A DNA stretch of 64,000 bases from Tubiluchus corallicola (lineage: Eukaryota > Animalia > Priapulida). Location of the stretch: positions 64,464 through 128,463 of the forward strand of contig JAQGDQ010000612.1 of assembly GCA_030141605.1 (NCBI GenBank), given 5' to 3'. A program made the position numbers and the translations under genes. The notes below the pieces were generated by a model. The model had not been told where the DNA came from, ran no database searches, and saw only the letters and a program-made list of their open reading frames with translations. Of this stretch, positions 36,902-48,796 are shown piece after piece; position 1 is the first letter of the stretch; every line of letters starts with the position of its first letter.

Positions 36902-37468
36902 ATGTCTGACGTTGAGAACGCTGCTCCAGCCGCTCCAGTAAAGAGCCCTAAGAAGACGAAAGCTGTCAAGGCGAAAAAGGCAAAGACTGCATCGACTCAT
37001 CCACCAGTTTCTGAGATGGTAAATGCCGCCATCGGAGGTTTGAAGGAAAGAGGTGGTTCGTCTCTGATTGCCATCAAGAAATACATCGCCGCCAACTATC
37101 CCAAGTGCGACGTGGAGAAGTTAGCTCCTTTCATCCGCCGTTACTTGAGGACCGGAGTCGCCGCCGGAAAACTGATCCAGGTCAAAGGTAAGGGTGCTTC
37201 CGGTTCTTTCAAACTTAGTGCATCGGAGAAGAAAGAAAAACCAAAGGCAGCTGCTAAGAAAGAGAAGGTCGCCAAGCCTAAAGCTGTGAAGAAACCAGCT
37301 GCAAAGAAGAGTCCGAAGAAGGCAAAGAAACCAGCCGCCAAAAAAGCAACCAAACCGAAGGCAGCCAAACCCAAAAAGGCCAAGACACCGAAGAAGGCTG
37401 CTGCAAAGAAACCAAAAGCAGCAAAACCCAAAGCGAAGAAGCCAGCAGCAAAGAAAGCCAAGAAGTAA
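36902..37468 (+). CDS. H1: Histone H1 (188 aa, intronless, replication-dependent type)
   Basis: ATG at 36902 ([12 protein letters not shown]..). Winged-helix globular domain [34 protein letters not shown]...[14 protein letters not shown]-rich tail with SPKK/TPKK motifs. The ORF-track start at 36767 lies upstream of the TATA box and is not the real start. Confidence 0.98.
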   Translation: MSDVENAAPAAPVKSPKKTKAVKAKKAKTASTHPPVSEMVNAAIGGLKERGGSSLIAIKKYIAANYPKCDVEKLAPFIRRYLRTGVAAGKLIQVKGKGASGSFKLSASEKKEKPKAAAKKEKVAKPKAVKKPAAKKSPKKAKKPAAKKATKPKAAKPKKAKTPKKAAAKKPKAAKPKAKKPAAKKAKK

Positions 37469-37503
37469 ACGATGCGTCGTTTTCTGCGTTTAAATAACCA
37501 ACC

Positions 37504-37540
37504 GGCCCTTTTCAGGGCCAACAAATCTTCCGAAAGAAAA
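37504..37540 (+). terminator. Histone mRNA 3' stem-loop plus purine-rich downstream element
   Basis: GGCCCT-TTTC-AGGGCC at 37504-37519, preceded by CCAACC and followed by AACAAA; CGAAAGAAAA about 12 nt downstream (putative U7-binding HDE). Confidence 0.93.
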
Positions 37541-37763
37541 TTCTGATTTTGCAAAGTTACTCATTCATACAATCCTCGTCTTGCATCACCACTATTAAGC
37601 TAAGATACTAAAACAGATGAAAAACGCAAGGCAACTACACAGTTTTCTCGATACGCGTAGGTTAGGTTTCACCTCGAACGCACAGCGCTTGTTTCTTTAT
37701 TTTTCCAAATTTTCTCTTTGTTCAAAACGTTACTGTGCCAAACGGGACGTCTAGTGTCTAGAC

Positions 37764-38232
37764 CAGGGGTGTGCAAATTATCTGACTGGCCGGGTCACAT
37801 TAAACTTGCGAGCCATAGGCAGTTTGATCAAGGAGCCAAGTACAGAAAGGCCTAATAACGATTTTTTTTGCATCGGACCTGCGTACATCATTACTACTAC
37901 ACTCAAGAAACTATTTTAGAAGTTATCCAAATTTATATTAAAACCATATATTTCTACTTTCAGGACAGATAGTGGTAATTTCAATACAATGCATATTAGT
38001 AATGTGTATCACACAGTCTGTGTAGTACAGTGTTATTAAGCTACAACCGTCTTGTAAGGGTTAATGGCATCCGATCTAGTAGAAAAAACTACCCGCACTA
38101 TCTTTGGGATCGTGGCACGGACTTCAGCTGGATATACTCAATTAATCGCCCGGGCCGCACTTTCATTAGGTTGACAAATCTCTTCGCGGGCCGCGCAAAT
38201 TCTCTCGGCGGGCCGTAATTTGCACACCCCTG
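37764..38232. mobile_element. hAT-Charlie-like MITE (young)
   Basis: Perfect 17-bp TIR CAGGGGTGTGCAAATTA; perfect TSD GTCTAGAC (NTCTAGAN target typical of Charlie); subterminal CGGGCCG motifs. Confidence 0.92.
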
Positions 38233-38947
38233 GTCTAGACAATCTTGTTTCATTGTGCCGTTGTTTTTATGCACGTTGTACTTTTCCCACCTCAATAACC
38301 GTCTTACAGCAAACCAGTCCGAGATCTGCAGCAATGTTCATCCGACTTGCACAACTAAAGTAGGCAAGGTTACAATGATGCGCGCAATACACTGGTCCAC
38401 TTGATCATCCGCCTGTTACACGCAAGGTCCACGTTGTTGACTTTGTTAACATTTCATTAAGGTTGTTCTAAGGCGATATCCCTCTTAAAGAAAACTATTT
38501 ATCTATAGATAAGAAATCTTTTCTATCTATAACAGCATGCGGTCAGTTTTATTCTTAGTCACTGCAACTAGGCAACTATATTATTACGTTGTATTAGTTA
38601 CGCATCTTTGACGTGTCTCTTTAGACAGATCCTGCATAGCAACTGACATCTACGAGACCTTTACTGTTAGCTGTTGCAGTAACTACTGTCCAACGTTGCA
38701 TTGTTCACGGAAAGTTCCTGTTTTTTCCCGGTTTTCTGTCTTCTCCATTGCTGTGCCAGTACGACTTCCGGTTTTTGGCGCTACATACTTTGTCATTTCG
38801 TTTTAAGGTATCTAGAACTTGCAGCATATGCATAGTATATTTATGTGCAATAAGCCTAAATTTGGCTGCTAAATAAGGCATTAGAACTAAAGTAACTAAA
38901 TTTGCTAACGGATAAGTCTTGTCCCATCGGTATGCAGGCAGAGGATG

Positions 38948-40205
38948 GTTTCCCACAAAGCTTTTGGACACAGGTAATTTCAACACAGAGGCACTTTGGA
39001 CACAATGCAATTTGAACGCTTATTTCATTTGAACATTTATAGAAATTTTGTGTACACGTGTGTAACCAAAACAATACAGTTTTGCGCCGATTTGGCATTT
39101 TTACAGCATACGTTTCAGGACAAAAACAAAGTTTGCCAACATAGCTGACCACGCTTAATAATTTACACAAGAAAGCACCGAAGCTATTTATTCTGTAAGC
39201 AATTCAAAACAATATCATTCGTGAGAGTACAAGTGCTGCACGACTGGTCCTTTCACGTACACATCGGCATTACTGAGTGAAAGCACTCATTCCGGAGAGA
39301 TTGAAATGAGCAGCATGTTGTATTATGATCGATTAGTGAGAAGCCCTTTTAAAAACATTGACCATCATAGTCCAAAAACAGACAATCAATGCTAGTTCGA
39401 ATAAAGACATAAACTGTTCTGGTGTAAGCTGAACTAGAAACACACAGTGCACTATGATAAAACTGCACGCAATATCTTTTTCTCTCATACATACACTTTC
39501 ACGCACGCACACACCCTATTACTATCTAGTAAGATCCAGGATAAATAAAATCATGATTCGATTGAATATCATCATGTTTCTGTGTCGGATATTCAAAACG
39601 GGTCATTAAATACCGTTTTAATTTAGTCTTAAATATTGATAGATAAAGAGCTGCTTTGTTTTAGCGATGTCGGTAATGAATTCTAAACTTGCATTGCTTG
39701 CTTGGTAATGGACTTAAAAATGCGGTTTCTCAGTTTAATCAGCTAGAAATCGCTCCGTATCTGTCGCCGCACCGCATTACCGCATGCGGATATTTGCATA
39801 CTATGGAAACACCCTAATAAATACGTAATTCATCACATGTAGTTATTGTTGGGGGAATTGAGTTTGAGGTAGCTAGAAAAGCAATCTTATTCAAAACAGG
39901 TAATAAAATTATATCATTCGTTTTGAAACACGTTTTTAGATATCAGAAATTCCCTGAAATTTGGCAAAAAGCGGTTTAAATTCAGTTGTCCACATGACTT
40001 TGACTAAGTGACCAAACAGGTTGTGTATTCAAATATGATATATACTATGTTTCCAAAATACGTCGCTTATGCGTCCAGATTACTGTGTCCAAATGACCTG
40101 AATGTCTAAGCTGTCCGTGTCCAAAGCACGTAGTATTTAGATGGCCTTTGTGTCCAAATAATCCATGTGTGACGTGTCCAAATGTCCAGATAACCAATGC
40201 CGAGA
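38948..40205. mobile_element. Degenerate DNA transposon with subterminal TTTGGACAC/GTGTCCAAA repeats
   Basis: Left end has repeated TTTGGACAC; right end (~40070-40195) has inverted GTGTCCAAA repeats. TSD not resolved. Confidence 0.4.
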
Positions 40206-41823
40206 GAGCATGCGTATAAACTACTTGTAACCACTCCATTACACTTCTGGCGCATGCGCAGTGTAATTTTTTTTATACACTGGCACACTACAAACCGAAT
40301 CCAACATTAAATGGTAGGATATCAAAGTCTAAGTTTGTAGTGAAACCGAAATCTAAGTGAACACTAGCGTCAAAGATGAGCCACTGAACCAGTATAAATA
40401 AAACTTTAACCAAATTTTTAAAATACTTCATTATTCAAAGTTATTGGGTTAAAGACCATAGTGTCAACTGTGTTTTGAACTGATTAAGTTAGTAACTTTG
40501 CCTCTGCAAAAGTCATAAGTTGGACCAGTCAATCTGAAATCAACGCCAATAGCCCAAAATATAATACAATGACAGAAATTCAAGTCGGACAAATTACACA
40601 GTCACAAAGGGGTAGATGTCAACGACTCAGGCGTTCAAGTTATGGAAGATCGCGTCAAGTAACAAATGCTTACAATTTACAGGTACAGTATAATTAGTGA
40701 GATCACGGGTCAACCTGGTTACTATGGAAATGTTCACCTATGATTTCATTATTATCGTGTAATCTACAAATCTCTACAATCGCAACGCGTGCAGCGAGGC
40801 CAAAATTTCACACACTTTCAAGCCATCCAACAGGAATTTTTTAACAAAAATAGTCCAGAAATTTTCGTTGCACCGCAGAAATGGCCGATTTGTGACATTT
40901 TATAGCGAATTTTCTAATATTCTACCTTACTCTGAATATTCTTAGTAATCATATTTGCGTGATCTTACAACTCAGTCCTTATCTTTGTATTCTCTTGGCA
41001 CACCTAACGACGTATGAAGGCTTTGGGACGAATTTAGGTTGCCTATATACTAAGCAAAATACACATTTACTTGTGTATTAGTAGTACTATTACGTAGCAA
41101 CCAACGTGGTAATTGCTAATTAGATATTTGCATAGCAGTTATATCAAAGCACGTTGAGTAACTGTTTGTGGTGTACTAAGTTGTAATTGTTTGTTACGTA
41201 GCACTTACGAAAGCGAAAACAGTAACTACTTGTGGTGTGTTATAATAGGTGCTTTTATGAATATGAAAGGATGCACATTTTCCCAGAACAAAAATTTTTG
41301 ACACTGGGCATGATATTCTGATGGGACATTCGCCCTCAATATGTGTTTAGTATAGTTTGCAATGTGTTCTAAACAAGGGGAAAGCTATTCCTTTTATTTT
41401 TATTCCATGACCCTCATTTCAAATACTCTGTGATCAGTTGTAACAGTTTCTATGCATGTTTCTTCTGTTGTTGCCCACTAATCAACAAATGAAACCGACC
41501 TACTTTGTCAATAAAATTTCACTTTTATGACCATATTTGAAAACATTTTGACATTCATACAGGGCAGGGGTAACTTTTATCTAATAGCATTGAAGTCGGT
41601 GCTAATTAAATAAGAAATACGTCATTGGGTCAAGATCATTTATGTTTAAAGTTAGCTATTTTGCTCCTGTATAGGAACATTCAGTGAACCTTCGTCTGCT
41701 GTTTCACTCCCTGACACAGCGGTCCGTAAAGTCTGAGTAAAACAATTTTATGTCAACGACTGAATTGTGTGTGATGGTGGTGTCCCTGCCAAAATACACC
41801 AATATTGTTCTTCATGCAAAATA

Positions 41824-42232
41824 CAGTCAACCTTGGATATAAGGGACACCTCCTGAATGGAAAAAAACCGACCCTTATATCTGAAGTTGAGCCAGACCGA
41901 GGGTGTATCTAGACCTGTACTTTTATCCATATTTTTTGGGTTATACATTCAGTGCAAACGATATGTAGGAAGCTCCTTCAGTGATGCAAGATGTATGTGA
42001 CCGTGGAAAATGAGCTGTTCAAAGGCTGAGTTTGCGAAAAATTGAGGTTAAAAAATCTATCAATTTCACTTTGATCATTACGGTTTCTATTACGCGGGAC
42101 CTGAAGATATCGTTCCTTATAACCGAAAGTACCCTATATATGAAGATTTTTACATAGGAAAAATGTTAAGAAAAATCGGGACGGGTGTTGGTGGTCCCTT
42201 ATAAGTGAGTACCTTATACCCGAGGCTGACTG
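41824..42232. mobile_element. Tigger/pogo-like Tc1-mariner MITE
   Basis: TA TSD; TIR CAGTCAACCTTGGATATAAGG / CAGTCAGCCTCGGGTATAAGG(rc). Confidence 0.78.
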
Positions 42233-42391
42233 TAATAAATAAAAAACTAACTACAAAAGTTAGTGTAATACATGTAGCACAAAATATTATTTTTTCTTCT
42301 GCATTTTTAGCAGCAGAAATGGATTAAACGAATACCTGAACAATACACACACATCCATACTACTGAGCAGTCCAAACCCACAGCTTAGAAC

Positions 42392-43720
42392 ATGGACTAC
42401 TTCGACATTTTTCGTAAAGTCATGCTCGTTCAGGCAACAGAAGACCTGCAGCAGAGGCCAAACAGCCAATCAAAGATGAGCCCGTTTTCTGAAAATTCTG
42501 TCACCATGGCAAATGCAGAAAGTTCTGGGTATAGACCAACTACAGGCAGAAATACTAGTCCTGAAAATTCTCTGGCATACGAACGAGAAATGAATGTTGT
42601 CCAAGTGAATGGAAAATCTGTCTGGAGTGATCCAAATGCGGAACCCGTGTCTGCTAACCCGTCAGCTTATCAACGTGAGCACATCCTGTTTCCAAAGCCA
42701 GGCGACGAACAAGCTATCCCGCCATGGTGCATCTCTTCAATGTTTCCGTCCTTAAAATCGACCGACTTTCATTCCTCCTGTTCAACGTACCAACGTTGGA
42801 CACCGGAAACTGAAAGCTCTCAAAACAACACCCTACGCTCATTGTCACAAACTTACCAGCACCCTAATCCTATGTACGAATCCACTAGATGTGATAGTCT
42901 ACTAACGGGACAAGAAACGCACTTGGTAGGCGACTCGATTATGCAAAATGTGCACCAGCAGCCACTTGGCTCGGTAAGCTATGCAGACGTAGTAAAAGTT
43001 ACGCCGGAGTTTTTGAACAACGCAGAACCTATGGAAGTGGACATGGAAGTTGGTCAAAAATCCAGTTGCATAACCCGCAGTAAAAACTGCAATGTGAGTC
43101 ACGGAGACCAACTGGCAAACAGCAACAGCTCTAGCACCAACCGCCTCGCTACGAACTGTCTGAGCGGAAGTTTATCGGAACCAATGATAGATGTCGCTAA
43201 TGAACCAACTGCAACACCAGACGGCGTTCCCAAAAGGCAGTTAAACGGTAAGAAATGCGTTACTGGAAAAACGTGGAAGACACAGAATCCGAAGCAGTTT
43301 AACAACGTCATTGCTGAAAAGAGACCCGCACTGCCTAAAATAACCTACTACACTAGATCACAAGCAAAAGCTAATCAGTCTGGTAAAGATGGAAATGCTA
43401 CAAGAAAAGACGGTTCAACAATCAAAGCAGCAGAGTCATTGAAGGTCGTTACTCGTCCAAAATTACACAATTGCACCGGGCATGACGATGCTAGAGGCAC
43501 GAAATCGAGAGGAACGCAGACGAACGTAAGTGAAATCGATGAGAGGGTACCTCCAATGTTCCTACTCGTCGGGTCGAAGAGAAAGCGCAAAGGATCGTCT
43601 AAAAAACAGTGGAAGAACGAATTAATGAATCTGCAGTGTAACCAATTGATGAAATCAGAGACCGTAACGTTCCGTGACATTGCAATACAGTGTGACATCT
43701 CAAAGCAGCGAAATGTTTAA
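42392..43720 (+). CDS. Uncharacterised 442-aa, probably intrinsically disordered protein (NLS-like KRKRK, two LC8-type motifs)
   Basis: 1329-nt uninterrupted ORF, more GC-rich than the flanks, preceded by a strong acceptor (TTTTCTTCTGCATTTTTAG|CAGCAG at ~42310). No family recognised. In-frame TAG at 42386 just upstream of the ATG. Confidence 0.6.
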   Translation: MDYFDIFRKVMLVQATEDLQQRPNSQSKMSPFSENSVTMANAESSGYRPTTGRNTSPENSLAYEREMNVVQVNGKSVWSDPNAEPVSANPSAYQREHILFPKPGDEQAIPPWCISSMFPSLKSTDFHSSCSTYQRWTPETESSQNNTLRSLSQTYQHPNPMYESTRCDSLLTGQETHLVGDSIMQNVHQQPLGSVSYADVVKVTPEFLNNAEPMEVDMEVGQKSSCITRSKNCNVSHGDQLANSNSSSTNRLATNCLSGSLSEPMIDVANEPTATPDGVPKRQLNGKKCVTGKTWKTQNPKQFNNVIAEKRPALPKITYYTRSQAKANQSGKDGNATRKDGSTIKAAESLKVVTRPKLHNCTGHDDARGTKSRGTQTNVSEIDERVPPMFLLVGSKRKRKGSSKKQWKNELMNLQCNQLMKSETVTFRDIAIQCDISKQRNV

Positions 43721-43860
43721 TGAATCAAAAAGTGTTTGTGATGATTTACATGAAGAGCAAACAAGGAAAAATATAAAAGATGTTCAATCTAATATACCAA
43801 GCTTAATATTTAATTTATAGTTTTTACATATATTTTTATGAAGAAGCTGAAGAGCACAGT

Positions 43861-46800
43861 TCAGTCATCATTGTCAACATTCACTGTCTGCAACCCTGAA
43901 AGAAAATAAACAAACAAACGATAAATAACAAGCACTAATAGTCTACAAATGAATAAAGCAAAAGAAGGTGGAATTAAGGATAAGATAAAAAGGTCACCTT
44001 TTATACGGACCGTAATGTATTAGAAATGTAGACACACTCATTTACCCATAAATCTAGTATTCAAATGACAAACTCTGTGTTTTTCCGGATAATCTGGACT
44101 AAAACCTGCCTTTGAAAGGCATGTCAGAACCTCTCTAGATGACAACTTATAATTTTTGATACACTAAAATAAATACATTATCTTCAAAATGGTGACAGCA
44201 AAGCAAACGGTTTGACAGAATATTTTAGTGCAGGATGTCAGAAAATGATAGCTTTGTTATATTTAAAGTCATCACAGGTAGAGAAAAGTGTTCCAACCAT
44301 AAATCAAGCTCATCCAGATACGACTAACAAAGTTCGTCAAGTTTAATGAATTTCTTATGAAAACTTTAATGAAACGTTGCAAATTGCGCACGTGATTTCT
44401 GCACACTTGAAGTTATCAATGCCACGTCAAATTTTACAACTTGTCCAGCTGTAGGTGCACACATAGATCAGCTGAGGACAGTAATGTCTACAGTAAGTGC
44501 AGAAACATTCAGGCTTACCCTTGAAGTTTGTCACAGGAACGAACGTAACAAGCGTGTAAAGTTTATGAACGGAATCTTCATCTTCGTTTCTCTTTCTCGC
44601 TAGGCGGACACGAACTCTGTACGGTACATTTCTGTCGTAGAAAAAGCAAAATGGAGTTTGTTAAGTTTACATAACTTTATAAGATGTATTATAGTACATT
44701 ATTATGTTTTGTACATACAGTAAGTCCCCACTTAACGACTTCCCGTTTAGCGACGTTTTGTTTTAACGACATTGAACATTTGACACCTTTTTTCATTTAA
44801 CGACTCACGTTTTATTTTAACAACAATTTTTTCCCTTTGCTGAAAACCAATTTTAATTTATCAACAACTTTTTTACTTAATTTGAAGCATTAAAATGGCA
44901 CATATTGGGTTATTCTGTTTTAAAAGTGCATTAGTAATGTATAAACAGTGCAATTATTATACGTTTTTGCCTCGTGACTGACTACTTTACTAGCTGCCAT
45001 TTCTATAAAGCGAGACCTGTGAACAAACCTTGTGCAAGGAATTCTACCTGCAGCTGTTCCTATAGCAACCAGACTACATAGTAATGTGGTAGACACAGTG
45101 CTTTGATATGATAAAATTTCCAAGGTCATCTCATGCAGCGCTTGGCCTTGATTCTGTAGTGTTTATTGTTTAATGGCTACCTAAGTTTAAACCTTAATGA
45201 AAGAGAAATCACTAGCTAGGTACATATAGGTAAGAAAGTTAGGTGATTTGAGGCGGAAAGAAATAGACTAGTAGAAGACATAAAGAAACTTATACATTGC
45301 CTAATTGATATGATTGAAGTAGCATTGATTTTTGTCTATGTTCCCCGATTGTTTTACATTACTTTCTATAGAAATTTTGGTTTCGTTTAACGACATTTTG
45401 CTTAACGTCACGTTTTGCTGGAATGCATTAGTGTCGTTAAACGAGAACTTACTGTAGCGTGAACTGGAATTGTTAGTGAAGAGTGAAATACATCACAGAA
45501 TATTTCACACGAGACTTTACACGATTTACAAGACACGCATCTCATGTCCGTTTCTAGGCAAAGTCGCTTACTGCTATTAATGAGAGATCTAATCTAAACA
45601 CCAGTACCTCTACCAGAACAGTTGCTCATTTTATAGGATGACATAAATGATATAGGTTCCACTCCTGCCACAAGCACTGAACACTAAGTAGGCCCTACTA
45701 CTGAGTGCCAGATCATGGTCTGTAGTAACCTGAACTACAGAAAGCAGATTATGCATTACCTGATGCCCTTGGACCATATGTGCTTGTTCAGCCTCGTATC
45801 AACTCGTATGTCGGGGGTTCCCATCTGCTTTTCAGCAAATCTGCGGATTTCTTCAATGGCACGTGGTGCCCTCTTCTTAAAACCTCTGAAACGAAAACGA
45901 AACACGACGTCACATAGACAACATAAAGTTCAACTTGATTGCAAACTATATAATCAACAACGAAAATAATTACAAATGACAATTTTGACCACATTTGAGG
46001 AGACGATTTACATGTTTAATTGATGCAAGATTACTTTCCAAACTTGGCACAAAAATGAAGTCCCTCTAGTGTGCATTTAGTGAATTAATAGCTGGGCAAT
46101 GAAAACATTGAGAACGTCTACAATACATATAATACTGGCATATTGATTTTTTAGTGAATCGTATGAAAATGCAGAAATTTAGTTTCTTGTTAAACACATT
46201 TTTTTGTTTCATTCAACAACCAACTAAATACAGTGGGGCAAAAGTTCACAAAACTGCTCTTTCAGATTAAAGGTTTCGGTCACTCGACCTTCGTCGGCTG
46301 ATTTGCAGTAAATAGACAGCTACACATTTTCTAGAACAATTTTATGGACATTTGCGAAACAGCAAGACTCACAAGAGAGCATTCAATTACGAAGAAAAGT
46401 CTAATGCATTTAAATTTAAGGTGGACGTCCCCAAAGAATTTTAAATAAATTAGGTAAATGTAATGCTAAATAATGTAACTTTGTATGGAAAATTCTATGG
46501 GACATACTTTAAAGCCCGTTTCTTTCCTTTTAAGTAAATTTAACCAATTAGTTAACCAATTTTAGTTTGACAACATAATTCCAAATTATTTCACTTACAG
46601 GGTTAAGAAATTTTAATATTTGCATCTACAGGTTTCTCGCACGTACAATATTTACAAGCCCATTAACTTTTACAACATAACATGAAAGCGTTGCACATTG
46701 GTATTGAAAGTTTCTACAGAGAGCAGTTTCCCGTATGATTTCCCATTTCTTCCCGTATCAATTGCTACAAGTTAATACTGACAGGTGGTGCAGACTAGCA

Positions 46801-47737
46801 TGGGAATTCAGTCTGTTTGGCCATGTGGATTGATAGCTAAATGGCTAGAGCGTTTGGTGTGAAACCAGAAGTTCTGGGTTCGAATTCTAGGCTCGGTGCC
46901 TTCCTCTTTAATTTAATTGTTGATTAGTAGCTTTTTCAAGTGCTGCACTTTACAAAGAATATAGCACAAACTGCATGAGAACTGCAAATAGGATGGCTTG
47001 CCTCTTGAGCAAATTTTTCTAAATTGCCATTCGGCTTTTTCCTAACAACCAATCAGCACGTTTTGTTTTCTTTTGACGGGCATTATTTTAGCAACTATGC
47101 ATTTGAATTTCAATAAAAACTGCTGCATTCATTCAATCTTATGCACAGGACTTCATTAATGCCAGAAAAGCTCAGTGTTTTCTAAGAAGAATCGCCCTGT
47201 AAGGTACTTTTTCACACAAATGATTCTAAACAAAGCCAATGACGAATCAGGTTAAGCAGTTATAGTAACAAGATGAAGGTATCACAAGAGAAACAGAATT
47301 CATACGACTAAAATAATTTGTTATTACACAGAGGCTAACACTTTTCCTGAAGTGCTAATGCTGACAGGGAAAGCAGCATTTCTGTGTCTAGGAATGTCCA
47401 GCGTAAGCGTACCAGAAAAACAAGTAATACAAGCAAACCACTGGCATAGCAAACAATGACATAACCTCAGGGAGCATTTTTTATCAAAATGGGAATAAAA
47501 AGATCGTTCATGTAAGACCATCAACAAGCAACAGACTACAGGTTAATGCCAAAAATGCTCATTATTATTTTTCAGCAACACTAAGCATTAATATAACACT
47601 TAAGTTTATATTATAAGATAAACCATGAAATCTTACATGCCATGCAACCGTTTGTGCAAATGTATCGTGTATTCGCGTGTGATCACTTCACTGATAGCAG
47701 ACTTGCTCTTCTTCTCCCCTTTCTTTGTCTTCGCCAT
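43861..47737 (-). CDS. RpL31: 60S ribosomal protein L31 (eL31), 124 aa, 4 coding exons
   Basis: Exons 47637-47737, 45760-45885, 44519-44631, 43861-43895 splice to [124 protein letters not shown]. Confidence 0.98.
44718..45454. mobile_element. Tigger/pogo-like MITE in an RpL31 intron
   Basis: TA TSD; TIR CAGTAAGTCCCCACTTAACGAC / CAGTAAGTTCTCGTTTAACGAC(rc); repeated TTTAACGAC motifs. Confidence 0.82.
46825..46900 (+). mobile_element. tRNA-derived SINE head / tRNA pseudogene
   Basis: A box TAGCTAAATGG and B box GGTTCGAATTC at tRNA spacing; the acceptor stem does not pair well. Confidence 0.6.
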
Positions 47738-47786
47738 CTGCAAATGCCAAAAAATAAATGCACAAGTCTTATGTGAACGAGTAAAT

Positions 47787-48014
47787 GGTGCAAAAGTATG
47801 TATGTTGAACTTTTAGAGATTTCACAGTCACTGGTGCAAAAGCATGTATGTTGGACTTTTACAGATTTCACAGTCACTAGTGAAAAAACGTGTATGTTAG
47901 ACTTTTAGAGATTTCACAGTCACTGCTGCAAAAGCGTGTATGTTGGACTTTTATAGATTTCACAGTCACTGCTGCAAAAGCGTGTATGTTGGACTTTTAG
48001 AGATTTCACAGTCA
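47787..48014. repeat. 46-bp x5 minisatellite in RpL31 intron 1
   Basis: GCAAAAGCGTGTATGTTGGACTTTTAGAGATTTCACAGTCACT repeated. Confidence 0.92.
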
Positions 48015-48740
48015 CGGACTCTAAGCAAGTACAGTGTAAGTTGCCTGTAAGTCTAGAAAGTACAGCAGTTTTTACCTTACTGATATGAATATCTTACCTA
48101 GCAAATGCGTTATTGACAAAACAATTACCTAACGATGGACCTCTTCCTAGAGCTGTAATTGGTCACTACAATTGGCTCTTGTAAAGTTATAAAAATAGAA
48201 ACGTTTCTCTACATGCCCACATTAAACACAATAGTCAATATATAGGTTGTTCTAACAAAATGTGTGTTAGACGGCGGCACTGTACTGTACTATAAAAGCT
48301 GTTTTGACTTTCCGTACGTTGTGTGCACAGAATTTTTTGTTTTATTTTTTTAATCTATCAGAAAAGTTTCAACAATAAATAAAATTTCAACTACTACTTA
48401 TCGGTCCCCAACCCAAACCTAAATAATGTATCTTGCAGTAGTAACCAGCACACAATTATTCACTTCTTGTAAACCAAATCCTGATTTCTTTCAAGTAGGA
48501 CTTTAGGTACACCAAAGTTCAGATTTTAAAATCAAAATAATATTGTGTTATTATGCAAGGAATGTCTATCTGATTACATGTACGTCTGTTAGTGTGAAGA
48601 TGCCAAACTTTCATCAGGAAATATACGGCTTATGTTAAAATAATGATTACCGTGCATTATCAGTCAAAAAAACTGTAACGGATGGATGAGAAAATAACTA
48701 TAATTCTCTGATTTTTTTAGACTGAAACATTAGTACTTAC

Positions 48741-48796
48741 TACCGATACACAGCAATCGATGAAAAAGGAATAGAACTGTCATTGCGCCATCTATG
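48741..48796 (-). promoter_or_regulatory. RpL31 promoter and non-coding exon 1 with 5'TOP/TCT initiator
   Basis: Minus strand reads TAGATGGCGC..TTCTATTCCTTTTTCATCG...CGGTA|GTAAGT: a polypyrimidine start typical of ribosomal-protein genes, then a consensus donor. The RpL31 ATG directly follows a CAG acceptor, so a leader exon is required. Confidence 0.7.

Noticed and set aside
37141-37554. 137-aa hydrophobic minus-strand ORF
   Set aside because: Antisense shadow of the lysine/alanine-rich H1 tail.
44238-44275. C/D snoRNA candidate (GTGATGA..CTGA on the minus strand) in an RpL31 intron
   Set aside because: Boxes too close together, no terminal stem and no second box pair.
46825-46900. Functional tRNA gene
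   Set aside because: A and B boxes are present, but the acceptor stem and anticodon loop are non-canonical; kept only as SINE-like.
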